A DNA stretch of 62,612 bases, filler included. It is 10 parts of 10 records of this genome, joined end to end, with 100 filler letters (N's around TTAATTAATTAA, not from the genome) between each part and the next. Parts side by side here need not be neighbours in the genome. Positions count along the whole stretch, not along the records: positions 1 to 20,515 come from SRR20825015_69; 9 more parts are not named here. One strand, 5' to 3'. Positions 1 through 10,614 of the stretch are shown here, in pieces; the first letter of the stretch is position 1, and each line of letters starts with the position of its first letter. Below the pieces are notes generated by a model. It searched no databases. It was not told the origin of the DNA and was given only the letters and a program-made list of their open reading frames with translations. A program made the translations under genes and the position numbers.

Positions 1-1140
1 GTCCTTGAACAGCTCGCGCAGCGGCTCGACGAGCTGCATGTTCATGCGCTCGGGCAGACCACCCACATTGTGGTGCGACTTGATGGTGACCGAGGGGCCG
101 CCGGTGAAGGAGACCGATTCGATGACGTCGGGATAAAGCGTCCCCTGAGCGAGGAAATCCGCGCCACCGAGCTTTTTGGCCTCTTGTTCGAACACTTCGA
201 TGAACAGGCGCCCGATGATCTTGCGCTTGGTCTCGGGGTCGGACTGGCCTTCCAGCTCGCCCACGAACAGGTCCTCGGCATCGACATGGACCAGCGGGAT
301 ATTGAACTGATCGCGGAACATGGTGACGACCTGTTCGCTCTCGTTGAGCCGCATCAGGCCATGATCGACATAGATGCAGGTGAGCTGGTCGCCAATGGCT
401 TCATGAATCAGCACGGCAGCAACCGAGGAATCGACGCCACCGGAGAGACCGCAGATCACCTTGCCGGTGCCGACCTGCTCGCGAATCTTTTCAACCATCT
501 TCTGGCGATAGGCCGCCATGGTCCAGTTGCTGGCAATGCCGCAAATCTGGTGCACGAAATTGGCGTAGAGTTTCGCGCCGTCGGGGGTGTGCACCACTTC
601 GGGGTGGAACTGCACCGCCCAGATGCGGCGCTCTTCATTGGCGATCATCGCGAAGGGGGCGTTCGGCGAGGTGCCGACAACCTCGAAACCCTCAGGCAGG
701 GCGACGACGCGGTCGCCATGGCTCATCCAGACCTGATGATCCGAATTGAGGTCCCAGACGCCATCGGAAAGGCTGTTGGTCTTGTGCACCGTCACTTCGG
801 CGCGGCCGAATTCGCGGTGATGCCCGGCTTCGACCTTGCCGCCCAGGGCCATACAAAGCGCCTGCTGACCGTAGCAGATGCCCAGGATCGGTACGCCCGC
901 ATCGAGAATCGCCGGATCGATGGTCGGCGCGTTCTCGTCCAGCGTCGAGGCCGGGCTGCCCGAGAGCACGACGCCCCTGGGGTTGAGCTCGCCAAAGGCG
1001 GCGCCGGCGGACTGGAAGGGGTGAATTTCGCAGTAAACGCCCGTTTCGCGAATGCGGCGGGCGATCAACTGGGTGACCTGCGAGCCGAAGTCGACGATCA
1101 GGATGGTGTCGTTGCGGGTGGCGGTGTCTGGGTGCTGCAT
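1..1140 (-). CDS. guaA: GMP synthase (glutamine-hydrolysing), 3' end truncated by window edge
   Basis: Manual translation from ATG at 1140 gives [32 protein letters not shown], with later GICYGQQ, QFHPEV, SGGVDS and [11 protein letters not shown] motifs. Missing from the ORF track because no stop falls inside the window. Confidence 0.97.
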   Translation of the reverse strand, partial: MQHPDTATRNDTILIVDFGSQVTQLIARRIRETGVYCEIHPFQSAGAAFGELNPRGVVLSGSPASTLDENAPTIDPAILDAGVPILGICYGQQALCMALGGKVEAGHHREFGRAEVTVHKTNSLSDGVWDLNSDHQVWMSHGDRVVALPEGFEVVGTSPNAPFAMIANEERRIWAVQFHPEVVHTPDGAKLYANFVHQICGIASNWTMAAYRQKMVEKIREQVGTGKVICGLSGGVDSSVAAVLIHEAIGDQLTCIYVDHGLMRLNESEQVVTMFRDQFNIPLVHVDAEDLFVGELEGQSDPETKRKIIGRLFIEVFEQEAKKLGGADFLAQGTLYPDVIESVSFTGGPSVTIKSHHNVGGLPERMNMQLVEPLRELFKD

Positions 1141-1221
1141 GGCGAGGCTTTAGCCTCGCCACACCGATTGTGCAAGCATGCTGTGGGGAGAAGCCCCCAT
1201 GCATGCCGCACAGGTCTGCGG

Positions 1222-1704
1222 CTAGTTCATCAATGCGATGGAAAGGTTGAGATAACCGGCAAAACTCACCCAGGCGATATAGGGCACGAACAACCAGGGC
1301 GCAACGCTGTCATGCCGTCGGGCAGCGAGGATAAACCCGGCGATCGACAACCACATGGCGATGAGGATCGCAAAGGCTGCCCAAGGCATCTGCGCCAGGA
1401 ACCAGACCGGCGACCAGGCCCAGTTGAGCAGCATCTGAGCGCCCCAGAACTTCATGGCACCCGATTGCGGTGCGGCGATCCAGATGCGCCAGCCGGCCAC
1501 GGCGATCATCACGTAGAGGGCGAACCAGACCGGGCCAAACACCCAGTTGGGCGGATTGAGTGGGGGCTTGGTGAGCGATTCATACCATACGCCGGGGGCC
1601 GATTGCGTGCCGATAAGGGCCCCGATGCCGATGACGAGGGCCAGAAAGATTGCGAGGGCAACCCAGGATTGTGGGGTGCGATAATCAGTGGCGGTGGCGT
1701 GCAT
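1222..1704 (-). CDS. tspO: TspO/MBR family tryptophan-rich sensory protein
   Basis: WYESLTKPPLNPPNWVFGPVW, LNWAWSPVWF and PYIAWVSFA motifs; five hydrophobic segments. Confidence 0.92.
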   Translation of the reverse strand: MHATATDYRTPQSWVALAIFLALVIGIGALIGTQSAPGVWYESLTKPPLNPPNWVFGPVWFALYVMIAVAGWRIWIAAPQSGAMKFWGAQMLLNWAWSPVWFLAQMPWAAFAILIAMWLSIAGFILAARRHDSVAPWLFVPYIAWVSFAGYLNLSIALMN

Positions 1705-1834
1705 GGTGTTCTCCCAGACAGGGTATCTGTCGGGACAACGAAGAAGTCATGGCTCTAGTTCACATCGGGGCCGGAATTCGCCTGGGCACCCCTCACCGAC
1801 TGCGCCTTGCTGCGGCCACCGGCGATAAGCCCAT

Positions 1835-3124
1835 TCAGCCCTTGTTGCGCAGCAGGTGACAGTAAAAACCGTCCGTCCTCGTCCGATGGGGCGTCAGGCA
1901 GATGCCACCGCCCGGGGTGGCAAGGCCCTCGGGGAGATCGGTGATGAGGGTCTGGCGCCAGGCGGTGGCCATGTCGATGGTTTCGAGGCCGGGATTGGCC
2001 GCAAGGAAAGCGGCGATCTGATCGTCGTTCTCCTCAGGCAGGATGGAACAGGTAATATAGACCAACGTACCACCGGGCTTGAGGTAGCGTGCCGCCTCGA
2101 CCAGCAGCTCGGCTTGCTCGGACTGGCGCTGGGCCAACAGTTCCGGCGTCAGCTTCCACTTGGTATCGGGGCGGCGGCGCCAGGTTCCGGTACCCGTACA
2201 AGGGGCGTCAACGACGACGCGATCCATCTTGCCGACCAGATCATCCAGGGCGCCATCCTGCGGCGCGCGGACCTGAGCATTGCGCACGCTATTGCGCTTG
2301 AGCCGATCATAGATCGGCGCAAGGCGCGATCGGTCGGTGTCAAAGGCGAAAATCTGGCCCTTATTGCCCATGGTGGCGGCCAAGGCCAATGTCTTGCCCC
2401 CTGCCCCGGCGCAGAGGTCAAGCACCTGTTCGCTCTCCCGGGCGCCGGCCAGCATGGCCACGATCTGGCTGCCCTGGTCCTGCACCTCGAACCAGCCCTT
2501 CTGGTAGCCTTCGTCTGTGGTGACATTGGGCGTGCGGGCGTCGCGCGGACCCGCCGGCATGGTGATGCCGAAGGGGGCGATCGTGGTGGGTTGGGGTGAG
2601 AAGCGCGCCAGCGACTTCATCACCTTTTCGGGCGAGGCCTTGAGCGCATTGGCGCGCAGGTCAAGCGAGGGACGCCCGGCCATCGCCTCGCCCTCGGCGA
2701 TCCAGTCATCCCCGAAAGCGCGCTCGAGCGAGGGGACCAGCCATTCGGGCATATCGGCGCGCGCGGCTGGTGGGGCCTCGGAAACATCAGCTGTTGCCCC
2801 GGCAATCTCCTCGGGCGTCAGCGCATCGGGGGCATGGCTATCGCCCTCAAAGGCCGCGGCGAGGCTGTCCGGCGTTTCGCCCCAATCGCGCATGGCCACG
2901 GCCAGAACCAGGGCGCGCGGGCTGTCGCTGCCCATGGCGGCGGCATGGGAGGCGCGTCGGCGCAGCGCGTCATAGACAAGATTGCCGATAGCAGCGCGAT
3001 CTCCGGCCCCCGCAAAGCGATTGTTGATGCCCCAGGCCTTGAGCGCCTCGGAAACGGGTCGGTGCCGCGTCTCCACATCGGAGAGAACGTCAATGGCGGC
3101 GGCAAGACGGCCGGGAAGGCGCAT
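1835..3124 (-). CDS. RsmB/NOP (Sun/Fmu) family RNA m5C methyltransferase
   Basis: EVQDQGSQ, LDLCAGAGGKT, VDAPCTGTGTWRRRPD and YITCSILPEEN motifs. Confidence 0.92.
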   Translation of the reverse strand: MRLPGRLAAAIDVLSDVETRHRPVSEALKAWGINNRFAGAGDRAAIGNLVYDALRRRASHAAAMGSDSPRALVLAVAMRDWGETPDSLAAAFEGDSHAPDALTPEEIAGATADVSEAPPAARADMPEWLVPSLERAFGDDWIAEGEAMAGRPSLDLRANALKASPEKVMKSLARFSPQPTTIAPFGITMPAGPRDARTPNVTTDEGYQKGWFEVQDQGSQIVAMLAGARESEQVLDLCAGAGGKTLALAATMGNKGQIFAFDTDRSRLAPIYDRLKRNSVRNAQVRAPQDGALDDLVGKMDRVVVDAPCTGTGTWRRRPDTKWKLTPELLAQRQSEQAELLVEAARYLKPGGTLVYITCSILPEENDDQIAAFLAANPGLETIDMATAWRQTLITDLPEGLATPGGGICLTPHRTRTDGFYCHLLRNKG

Positions 3125-3127
3125 GGG

Positions 3128-3562
3128 TCAAATACTCGGGGCAAGCAAAAGGCGAAGGACCAGCCATAGCCAGAACAGGGCCAGGACGGCAAGGCCGGCG
3201 GTGTAGGCGGCAAAGCGCCGAAAGACCCGGTTGGTGGTGACGTGTATGGCAGCGTGGACATAGCGCAGGACAATGAACAGCCAGGCTAGGCCGACGACAA
3301 ACCAGTCGACCAGGCCAAAATGCAGAGCGGCCAGAGCACCAACGAAGAACAGCAGCGGAAGCTGGAACTGATTATCGAAGCTGTTGGAAAGTAGCCGCGC
3401 CTTGAGCGGATAGGCGTCCCTTTCGACGGCGATGTCAGCGACCCGGATTTCGCCCCGCATGACACGGGGTACGCGCTCCCGTCCCATCCATATCAGCAGG
3501 CTCAGCGTCAAGAGGACCTGGGCCGCCATGGCGAGGGCGAGCAGTTTGTCGAGAAGGGGCAT
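3128..3562 (-). CDS. MAPEG family membrane protein
   Basis: NSFDNQFQLPLLFF and LRYVHAAIHV motifs; hydrophobic; sits between guaB and the rsmB-like gene as is typical in rhizobia. Confidence 0.8.
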   Translation of the reverse strand: MPLLDKLLALAMAAQVLLTLSLLIWMGRERVPRVMRGEIRVADIAVERDAYPLKARLLSNSFDNQFQLPLLFFVGALAALHFGLVDWFVVGLAWLFIVLRYVHAAIHVTTNRVFRRFAAYTAGLAVLALFWLWLVLRLLLAPSI

Positions 3563-3673
3563 ATCTTGAGGCTCCGCCAGAGAGTCGGCTTTTCTCAGTA
3601 ACGTCTTGTTGCTGAATCAGTTTTCCGGCGAGCGGTGTGGCGCTGCCGGAGGTGCCGGCAACGCCAGGATGTC

Positions 3674-5176
3674 TTAACGCCCGCTGCGGTAGTTGGGGGC
3701 TTCGCGGGTGATGGTGACGTCGTGCACGTGGCTTTCGCTCAAGGCCGCACCGGAAATCTTCACGAAGACCGAGTTCTCGCGGAAGTCCTTGAGATTGTGC
3801 GCCCCGGTATAGCCCATGGAGGCGCGAAGACCGCCAGCGAGCTGGTGCAGCACGGCGTTGACCGGGCCCTTGTAGGGCACCTGACCTTCAATGCCCTCGG
3901 GAACCAGCTTCATCTGGTCACGCACATCCTGCTGGAAATAGCGGTCGGCCGAGCCGGCGCCCATGGCGCCAACCGAGCCCATGCCGCGATAGGATTTGTA
4001 GGAGCGCCCCTGATAGAGGAAGACTTCGCCTGGCGCCTCGTCGGTGCCCGCCAGGAGCGAGCCGACCATGACGCAGGAGGCGCCACCGGCGAGAGCCTTG
4101 GCCAGGTCGCCCGAGAACTTGATGCCGCCATCAGCGATGATCGGCACGCCCGATTTGCTCGCCTCTTCGGCACAGCCCATGACGGCAGCCAGTTGCGGCA
4201 CGCCGACGCCGGCCACGATGCGGGTGGTGCAGATCGATCCAGGACCAATGCCCACCTTGATGGCATCGGCGCCGGCATCGATCAGGGCGCGCGCAGCTTC
4301 GGGGGTGGCGACATTGCCCGCCACGATGCGGGTGGAATTGCTCTCGCGCTTGACGCGCTCGACGGCCTCGGCGACGCGTACCGAATGGCCGTGCGCGGTG
4401 TCGATGACCAGGAGATCAACGCCGGCTTCGATGAGTTGGAGCGAGCGCTCGAAGCCGTTGTCGCCCACAGTCGAGGCGGCAGCGACGCGCAGGCGTCCCT
4501 GCTCGTCTTTCACCGCATTGGGGTGAAGCTGGGCCTTTTCGATATCCTTGACCGTAATCAGGCCGACGCAGCGATAATCGGCATCCACCACCAGCAGCTT
4601 TTCGATGCGGTGGCGGTGCAGCAGCACCTTGGCCTCGTCCTTGGAAACGCCATCGCCGACGGTGATGAGATTGTCCCTGGTCATCAGCTCGGCAATGGGC
4701 TGATTGGGGTTGGAGGCGAAGCGCACATCGCGATTGGTGAGGATACCGACCAGCTTGCCGATGGCGCGACCACCCTTGCCGCCATTTTCCACCACCGGAA
4801 TGCCCGAAATCCGGCTCAGCTGCATCAGCGCAAGGGCGTCGGCCAGGGTCGCTTCGGGGCCGATGGTGATGGGATTGACCACCATGCCGCTTTCGAAAGA
4901 CTTGACCATGCGGACCTGCTCGGCCTGCTGTTCGGCGGTCAGGTTCTTGTGAATGACGCCCATGCCGCCGGCCTGCGCCATGGCGATGGCCATATTGGCT
5001 TCGGTGACCGTATCCATGGCCGAGGAGAGGATTGGCAGCTTGAGCGCTATGTCCTTGGTGACATAGGTGGAGATATCGGTCTCGGTGGGCAGAATGTCCG
5101 AACGCGCGGGCTGAAGCAGTACATCGTCGAAAGTGAGCGCCGCTTCGCCGGTGATGGTGGTAATAATCTTCGCCAA
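3674..5176 (-). CDS. guaB: IMP dehydrogenase
   Basis: [18 protein letters not shown], a CBS pair, catalytic [11 protein letters not shown] and YRGMGS. TTG start at 5176 chosen because a GGAAGG RBS lies upstream. Confidence 0.97.
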   Translation of the reverse strand: MAKIITTITGEAALTFDDVLLQPARSDILPTETDISTYVTKDIALKLPILSSAMDTVTEANMAIAMAQAGGMGVIHKNLTAEQQAEQVRMVKSFESGMVVNPITIGPEATLADALALMQLSRISGIPVVENGGKGGRAIGKLVGILTNRDVRFASNPNQPIAELMTRDNLITVGDGVSKDEAKVLLHRHRIEKLLVVDADYRCVGLITVKDIEKAQLHPNAVKDEQGRLRVAAASTVGDNGFERSLQLIEAGVDLLVIDTAHGHSVRVAEAVERVKRESNSTRIVAGNVATPEAARALIDAGADAIKVGIGPGSICTTRIVAGVGVPQLAAVMGCAEEASKSGVPIIADGGIKFSGDLAKALAGGASCVMVGSLLAGTDEAPGEVFLYQGRSYKSYRGMGSVGAMGAGSADRYFQQDVRDQMKLVPEGIEGQVPYKGPVNAVLHQLAGGLRASMGYTGAHNLKDFRENSVFVKISGAALSESHVHDVTITREAPNYRSGR

Positions 5177-5341
5177 GGCCAGACCCTTCCTGCCTTCTGA
5201 TGAAATCCAGAACTGTTGGAATGTGAACCGGCGAATGAATGTGCGCGGGTTCAGGTTGGCGAGGGTCAATAGCACCCGAGACGGACTTTGCCTAGGGGGC
5301 GAGACACGCCATTATGTATGCAGGCATACCGGGAGGCCAAT

Positions 5342-5872
5342 ATGAAGCGGCACACTCTTGTTGCGGGATGGGCGATGATATCGTCGGCACCCGTACTGGC
5401 GGCCAATCTGACGCATTTCGTCCCTGCCGAAATTGGTGCCAGTGCCTGTTGGCAACGTATGTACGACCAGGCCCATCTCGATGCTCATCCCGATCAGCAG
5501 GTGACGGCGATGAGCTTTTCCATGAGCTATCTCACCTTCGAGGACGACAGTGAGGGCTTCCATGTCTTCGGCGTCGAGGCGCGGTTGCGGGATGGACGCA
5601 GTGGTGAGGGCGTCGGCAGTTGCTGGGCCGACACTTCCGGTATCGTCAGGTGCGGCGTCGATTGCGACGGGGGCGGGCTGGCCTTGCGCCTGGATGAATC
5701 GGGCAATCTTTTGGCGGACCTGGAGACAATGGGCTACATCCGGCTTGCAGGCGGATGCGATGGCGCAGAAGAGGCCGAGATCTTTTCGCTTGAGCCCGGC
5801 CTGGATGACAAATTGTTCCTGCTTCATCCGACAAATGACAAGGTTTGCAAGTCCCTGATGCCGGGCGAGTGA
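5342..5872 (+). CDS. Hypothetical exported protein with several cysteines
   Basis: GGAGG RBS before ATG 5342; signal-peptide-like N-terminus; CWQRMYDQAHLDAHPDQQV and CGVDCDGG segments; divergent from guaB. Confidence 0.72.
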   Translation: MKRHTLVAGWAMISSAPVLAANLTHFVPAEIGASACWQRMYDQAHLDAHPDQQVTAMSFSMSYLTFEDDSEGFHVFGVEARLRDGRSGEGVGSCWADTSGIVRCGVDCDGGGLALRLDESGNLLADLETMGYIRLAGGCDGAEEAEIFSLEPGLDDKLFLLHPTNDKVCKSLMPGE

Positions 5873-5983
5873 GCTCAGAAGTCTCAAAGAACTGGAAAAT
5901 TGGGGCTAGGCGCAGGGACAGCACCGGCCCATAGTGTCTTGGTCGCGCTCGCGACGCATCCCGATTCATCCCGGTTTCCTGCC

Positions 5984-7369
5984 TTGATCCGCGTTACCCC
6001 GCTCATCCTGGCGGTCGCCCTGTTCATGGAACAGATGGACTCGACCGTCATCGCCACGTCGCTGCCCGCGATTGCCAACGATATCGGCACCGAGCCGATT
6101 GCGCTCAAGCTCGCCTTGACGGCCTATTTCGTGGCGCTGGCGATCTTCATTCCGATCAGCGGGTGGATGGCGGATCGGTTTGGGGCCAAGAACATCTTCC
6201 GGCTGGCGATCTTTGTGTTCATGCTCGGCTCGCTCGCCTGTTCGTTTTCCTATTCTCTGGAAACCTTCGTGGGCTCGCGTTTCTTCCAGGGCATTGGCTC
6301 TTCGATGATGACGCCGGTGGGGCGCCTGCTGCTGGTGCGCTCAACCCCGCGCAATGAACTGGTCGCCGCGATGGCCTGGCTGACAGTCCCCGCGCTGGTG
6401 GCACCGGTGTCGGGGCCGCTGATCGGCGGATTCCTGACCACCTATCTGAGCTGGCATTGGATCTTCTGGATCAATATCCCGATCGGCATTGCCGGCATCA
6501 TCCTCTCCGGCATTTTTCTCAATGTACCCGATGAGCGGACGCCGAGGCCGGTCGATATTGTCGGCTTCTTCATTGCCTCCGTCGCCTTTGCCGGATCGGT
6601 CTTCGGCTTGTCGGTGATCAGCCTGCCGGCCCTGCCGCTCATCTATGGCTATATGACGCTGGCGATCGGCGTCACGGCGGCCGTGCTCTATCTGCTGCAT
6701 GCCCGCAAGACGAAATATCCCCTGCTCGATCCAAGCCTGTTCCGCCACAAGCTGTTCCGGTCCTCGGTTACCGGCGGCTCGTTCTTCCGCGTCGGGGTTG
6801 GCGCCATGCCCTTCCTGCTGCCGCTGATGCTGCAGCTCGGCTTCGGGCTCAATCCGTTCCAGTCCGGCGCCATCACTTTCGTCTCGGCGATTGGCGCGAT
6901 CATGAGCAAGTTCATCGCCGAGAGGATCTTTTCGCGCTTCGGCTTCCCGCGCGTGCTGGGATTTGCGGCGGTGTTCGGGGGGCTGCTGATTGCAGCGCAG
7001 GGCCTGTTCACCACCGAAACGCCGGTGGCGGTGATGATGATCATCCTGGTCGCCGGTGGTGTGTTGCGCTCGATATTCTTTACCGGCACCAATGCCATAG
7101 GCTATGCCGATATTTCCGACGAAGAAGCCAGCCAGGCCACAGCCATCGTGGCAGTGGGCCAGCAATTGTCGGTTGCCTTCGGGGTGGCGGTGGCGGGCGC
7201 CATTCTCGAGATCACCACGATGTTCAGCGGCGGCCACCTGACGCTGCTCAATTTCCAGATCGCCTTTTTCGCCGTCGGGGGCATGAGCGCCCTTGCCGGC
7301 ATCATCTATTTCCGCCTGCCGCATGATGCCGGCAACAATGTTTCCGGCCACAGGGCCGTTCGGGAGTGA
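5984..7369 (+). CDS. MFS transporter, DHA2/EmrB-QacA-like (copy 1)
   Basis: FMEQMDSTVIATSLP, GWMADRFGAK and WHWIFWINIPIG motifs. Start placed at TTG 5984 by alignment to the paralog; the ORF extends upstream to 5900. Confidence 0.9.
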   Translation: MIRVTPLILAVALFMEQMDSTVIATSLPAIANDIGTEPIALKLALTAYFVALAIFIPISGWMADRFGAKNIFRLAIFVFMLGSLACSFSYSLETFVGSRFFQGIGSSMMTPVGRLLLVRSTPRNELVAAMAWLTVPALVAPVSGPLIGGFLTTYLSWHWIFWINIPIGIAGIILSGIFLNVPDERTPRPVDIVGFFIASVAFAGSVFGLSVISLPALPLIYGYMTLAIGVTAAVLYLLHARKTKYPLLDPSLFRHKLFRSSVTGGSFFRVGVGAMPFLLPLMLQLGFGLNPFQSGAITFVSAIGAIMSKFIAERIFSRFGFPRVLGFAAVFGGLLIAAQGLFTTETPVAVMMIILVAGGVLRSIFFTGTNAIGYADISDEEASQATAIVAVGQQLSVAFGVAVAGAILEITTMFSGGHLTLLNFQIAFFAVGGMSALAGIIYFRLPHDAGNNVSGHRAVRE

Positions 7370-7400
7370 GCGGCACCGGAACACCGGGCCGGAACAAGAC

Positions 7401-8786
7401 ATGTCGCGCGCAACGCCTCTGATACTCGCCACGGCGATCTTCATGGAGAACATGGATTCGACGGTGATCGCCACGTCGCTGGCGGCTATCGCGGCCGATA
7501 TCGGCACCGATCCCATCTCGCTCAAACTGGCGCTGACCGCTTATCTCGTGGCCCTGGCCATCTTCATCCCGATTTCGAGCTGGATGGCGGACCGGTTCGG
7601 CGCGCGCCGGGTGTTCCGGCTGGCCATGCTGGTCTTCATGATCGGCTCGATTGCCTGCGCCTTTTCCGGTTCGCTGACCCAGTTCGTGGGCGCGCGCTTC
7701 ATCCAAGGCATGGGCGGGGCGATGATGGGGCCGGTGGCGCGGCTGGTGCTGGTGCGGATGACGCCACGCCATCAATTGGTGGACGCCATGGCCTGGCTGA
7801 CCATTCCCGGGCTGATCGGTCCGATCGTCGGCCCACCGTTTGGCGGGTTCCTGACCACCTATTTCTCCTGGCACTGGATCTTCATCATCAATATTCCCAT
7901 CGGCCTGCTCGGCATGGCGCTGGTCGGGATCGCGCTGCCAAACGAAACGCGCAACAAGCCGCGCAGCATCGATGGCAAGGGGTTTGTGCTGGCCGGGCTG
8001 GCCTTCGCGCTGTTCGCCTTCGGTTGCTCTGTGATCAGCCTGCCCGCCCTGCCCCCGATCTATGGCGTCATCGCCGCGGCACTGGGGATCGGGCTGGGCT
8101 ATTTCTACACCCGCCATGCGCTGGCCACGGAATACCCGCTGCTTGATTTGCGGTTGCTGCGCCTGCCGATCTTTCGGGTTTCTGTGGTGGCGGGCAGCTT
8201 CTTCCGCCTCGGACAGGGGGCGGTGCCGTTCCTGTTTCCGCTAATGCTGCAATTAAGCTTCGGGCTCAGCCCGTTCGAGAGCGGCATGGTGACTTTTGTT
8301 GCCGCCATCGGGGCGCTGGCCGCCAAGTTCGTCGCCAACTGGATCTTCAAGAGCTGGGGGTTCAAATACCCGCTATTGATCGCCAGTCTGGTCTCGACCC
8401 TGGGCATTCTGGTGATGGGCTTTTATGTGCCGGGCACGCCCATTCCGCTGATCCTGGGCATTCTGGTGTTCACCGGCTTCTGGCAGTCAACCTTCTGGAC
8501 CGGCTCCAACGCCTTCGTGTTCGCCGATGTCGAGGACAAGGACGCCGGCCAGGCCAATGTGATCAGCCAGGTCTGGGGACAATTGATGTTCGCCATGGGC
8601 GTTGCGGTGGGCGGTGGTACGCTCGAACTCGCCCATCGCCTGCGCGGCGGCGGCGAGTTGGCGCTGGCAGATTTTCACACGGCCTTTTTCGTGGTCTCGG
8701 CCATCAGCGCCGTCGCCGTCGTCATGTTCCTGCGCATTCCGCGCAATGCGGGCCACCAGTTGATGAGCGGCCCGCATATGCATTGA
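7401..8786 (+). CDS. MFS transporter, DHA2/EmrB-QacA-like (copy 2)
   Basis: FMENMDSTVIATSL, WMADRFGARR and WHWIFIINIPIG; clear paralog of the upstream gene. Confidence 0.9.
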   Translation: MSRATPLILATAIFMENMDSTVIATSLAAIAADIGTDPISLKLALTAYLVALAIFIPISSWMADRFGARRVFRLAMLVFMIGSIACAFSGSLTQFVGARFIQGMGGAMMGPVARLVLVRMTPRHQLVDAMAWLTIPGLIGPIVGPPFGGFLTTYFSWHWIFIINIPIGLLGMALVGIALPNETRNKPRSIDGKGFVLAGLAFALFAFGCSVISLPALPPIYGVIAAALGIGLGYFYTRHALATEYPLLDLRLLRLPIFRVSVVAGSFFRLGQGAVPFLFPLMLQLSFGLSPFESGMVTFVAAIGALAAKFVANWIFKSWGFKYPLLIASLVSTLGILVMGFYVPGTPIPLILGILVFTGFWQSTFWTGSNAFVFADVEDKDAGQANVISQVWGQLMFAMGVAVGGGTLELAHRLRGGGELALADFHTAFFVVSAISAVAVVMFLRIPRNAGHQLMSGPHMH

Positions 8787-8798
8787 TGCGGCGTGTGG

Positions 8799-10376
8799 TC
8801 AGTTCACCGTGACCCGGCGCAGCATGAGGAAGTTGTCCGGGCGCTGCACCAGATCCACGCCATCGCGCGCGGCCCACACCAGCGGCTCTTCATAAAGCGG
8901 CACATAGGCCATTTCGTCCTGAAGAATGCCGGCCACCTCGTCCAGCATGGCCTGGCGGGCCGCTGGATCGAGCTCCTGCTGGATCTGGGGCAGAAGATCG
9001 TCAATGCGGGCATTGGAATAGCCGCCGAAATTCCAGGTGCCGAGCTGCTCGGTCGGCGTGTGCGCCAGGAAGCGGATCGGGTGTTCCGCATCGAACGTGC
9101 CGGGGGACCAGCCGAGCAGGTAGAGGTCCGCATTGTCTTCGCGCAGTTCGGGCCAGTAATTGGCCACCGGCATGGTTTCGAGCTCGGCGTTCAGCCCCAC
9201 CTGCTGCAGCATGCCGGTAATGGCCAGGCACACATCGGCGTCGTTGAGATAGCGGTCATTGGTGCAGCGGAAGCTGAAGGTGAAGCCCTCGGGATAGCCG
9301 GCTTCGGCCAGCAGGGTGCGAGCCGCATCGGGGTCGTAGGCGGGGCGCTCTGCGTGGGTTTCAGAATAGCCCGAAAGGCCTGCGGGCTGCAATTGCGCGG
9401 CCGGCTTGGCGAGACCGCCCATGATGACCTGGACGATGGCCGGAACATCGACGGCATGGGCCACGGCCTGGCGCACGCGCGCATCAGTGAACGGGTTCCC
9501 ATCGACGCTGCCATCGGTGAAATAGAGCATGTCCTTGTCCTGGCTGAAGCCGAGCATGATGACACGCGCCTCCACCCCGGAGAACACCGTGATGCCGTCG
9601 GTCTCGGCCAGGCGCGGCGCATTCTGCACCGGCACGGTGGCCAGCATGTCGAGTTCGCCCGACAGCAGCGCGGCAATGGCCGTGGCCGAATTGGTAATGG
9701 GGCTCAGCACCGCCTCGGTAAGGTTATGCTCGGGCTCGTCCCACCAATCGGGGTTGACCACCAGTCGCGTTGCGACGCCCGGCTCGCGCGTATCCAGCAT
9801 GAACGGGCCGGTGCCGTTGGCATTGAGGGTCGCATAGGTTTCGCTGTCCCGCGCGGGTGCCGTGGCGCCATTGGCCTCGGCCCAGTCGCGATCCAGGATC
9901 ATCCAGTTGGCGATGCTGTCGGGAAACAGCGGATTTGGGCCATTGGTGATGAACTCGACGGTATAGTCGTCGACCACCCGCAACTCGCTGACCGGTGCAA
10001 ACCAGGACTTGACGTCCGACTGCTCGGAAATGGCGCGCTCATAGGAGAACAGCACGTCATCGGCATTGAACTGGGCGCCATCCTGAAAGGTGACACCCTG
10101 GCGCAGGGTAAAGCGCCAACCATCCTCTTCGCCGCTCAGCGGCTCCCAGGCGGTGGCCAGAGATGGTTCGATGGCCATATCCTTGCCGCGGCGCACCAGC
10201 CCTTCATAGATATTGTTCAGAAACGAGGTGACCGGCGCCAGATTGGCGGCATGCGGGTCCATGGTCTGCGGGTCTGTGGTGGCCGACCAGCGGAAGGTTT
10301 CGGCCATGGCGGTGCCGCCGAGCAGCGCGACCATCGATGTGGCCAGGATCAATCGGGTAGTCGTGTGACGCAACAT
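8799..10376 (-). CDS. ABC transporter substrate-binding protein, family 5 (dipeptide/oligopeptide)
   Basis: Signal peptide MLRHTTTRLILATSMVALLGGTAMA; DPQTMDPH, IYEGLV, LRQGVTFQDG and GTGPF motifs; GGAGGA RBS before ATG 10376. Confidence 0.92.
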   Translation of the reverse strand: MLRHTTTRLILATSMVALLGGTAMAETFRWSATTDPQTMDPHAANLAPVTSFLNNIYEGLVRRGKDMAIEPSLATAWEPLSGEEDGWRFTLRQGVTFQDGAQFNADDVLFSYERAISEQSDVKSWFAPVSELRVVDDYTVEFITNGPNPLFPDSIANWMILDRDWAEANGATAPARDSETYATLNANGTGPFMLDTREPGVATRLVVNPDWWDEPEHNLTEAVLSPITNSATAIAALLSGELDMLATVPVQNAPRLAETDGITVFSGVEARVIMLGFSQDKDMLYFTDGSVDGNPFTDARVRQAVAHAVDVPAIVQVIMGGLAKPAAQLQPAGLSGYSETHAERPAYDPDAARTLLAEAGYPEGFTFSFRCTNDRYLNDADVCLAITGMLQQVGLNAELETMPVANYWPELREDNADLYLLGWSPGTFDAEHPIRFLAHTPTEQLGTWNFGGYSNARIDDLLPQIQQELDPAARQAMLDEVAGILQDEMAYVPLYEEPLVWAARDGVDLVQRPDNFLMLRRVTVN

Positions 10377-10614
10377 GGGTTCCTCCCGGGTCGTTTGTGC
10401 AGGCAGCATTTCAGCCTTGGCCGTAACGACCAAGTGCAATTTCAAAGAAGTGTTCGTTTGCCAGAGGCGCGCGGTTACCGGCGCGCGTTTTTTTTCTCGA
10501 TCCAGCACTACTTTGGGCGCGATAACGCCTTGCTGGGCCCGATCGCCGCCCTCGGCGTCAACAACGGCCACCAAGCCAAGCTCTTGGTGCCCGTCTTGAA
10601 TTGTTCCACCGGCG

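Noticed and set aside
1-5176. guaB-MAPEG-rsmB-tspO-guaA, ppx-rlmE and hisS-hisZ-hisG clusters as novel systems
   Set aside because: These are ordinary conserved alphaproteobacterial gene orders.
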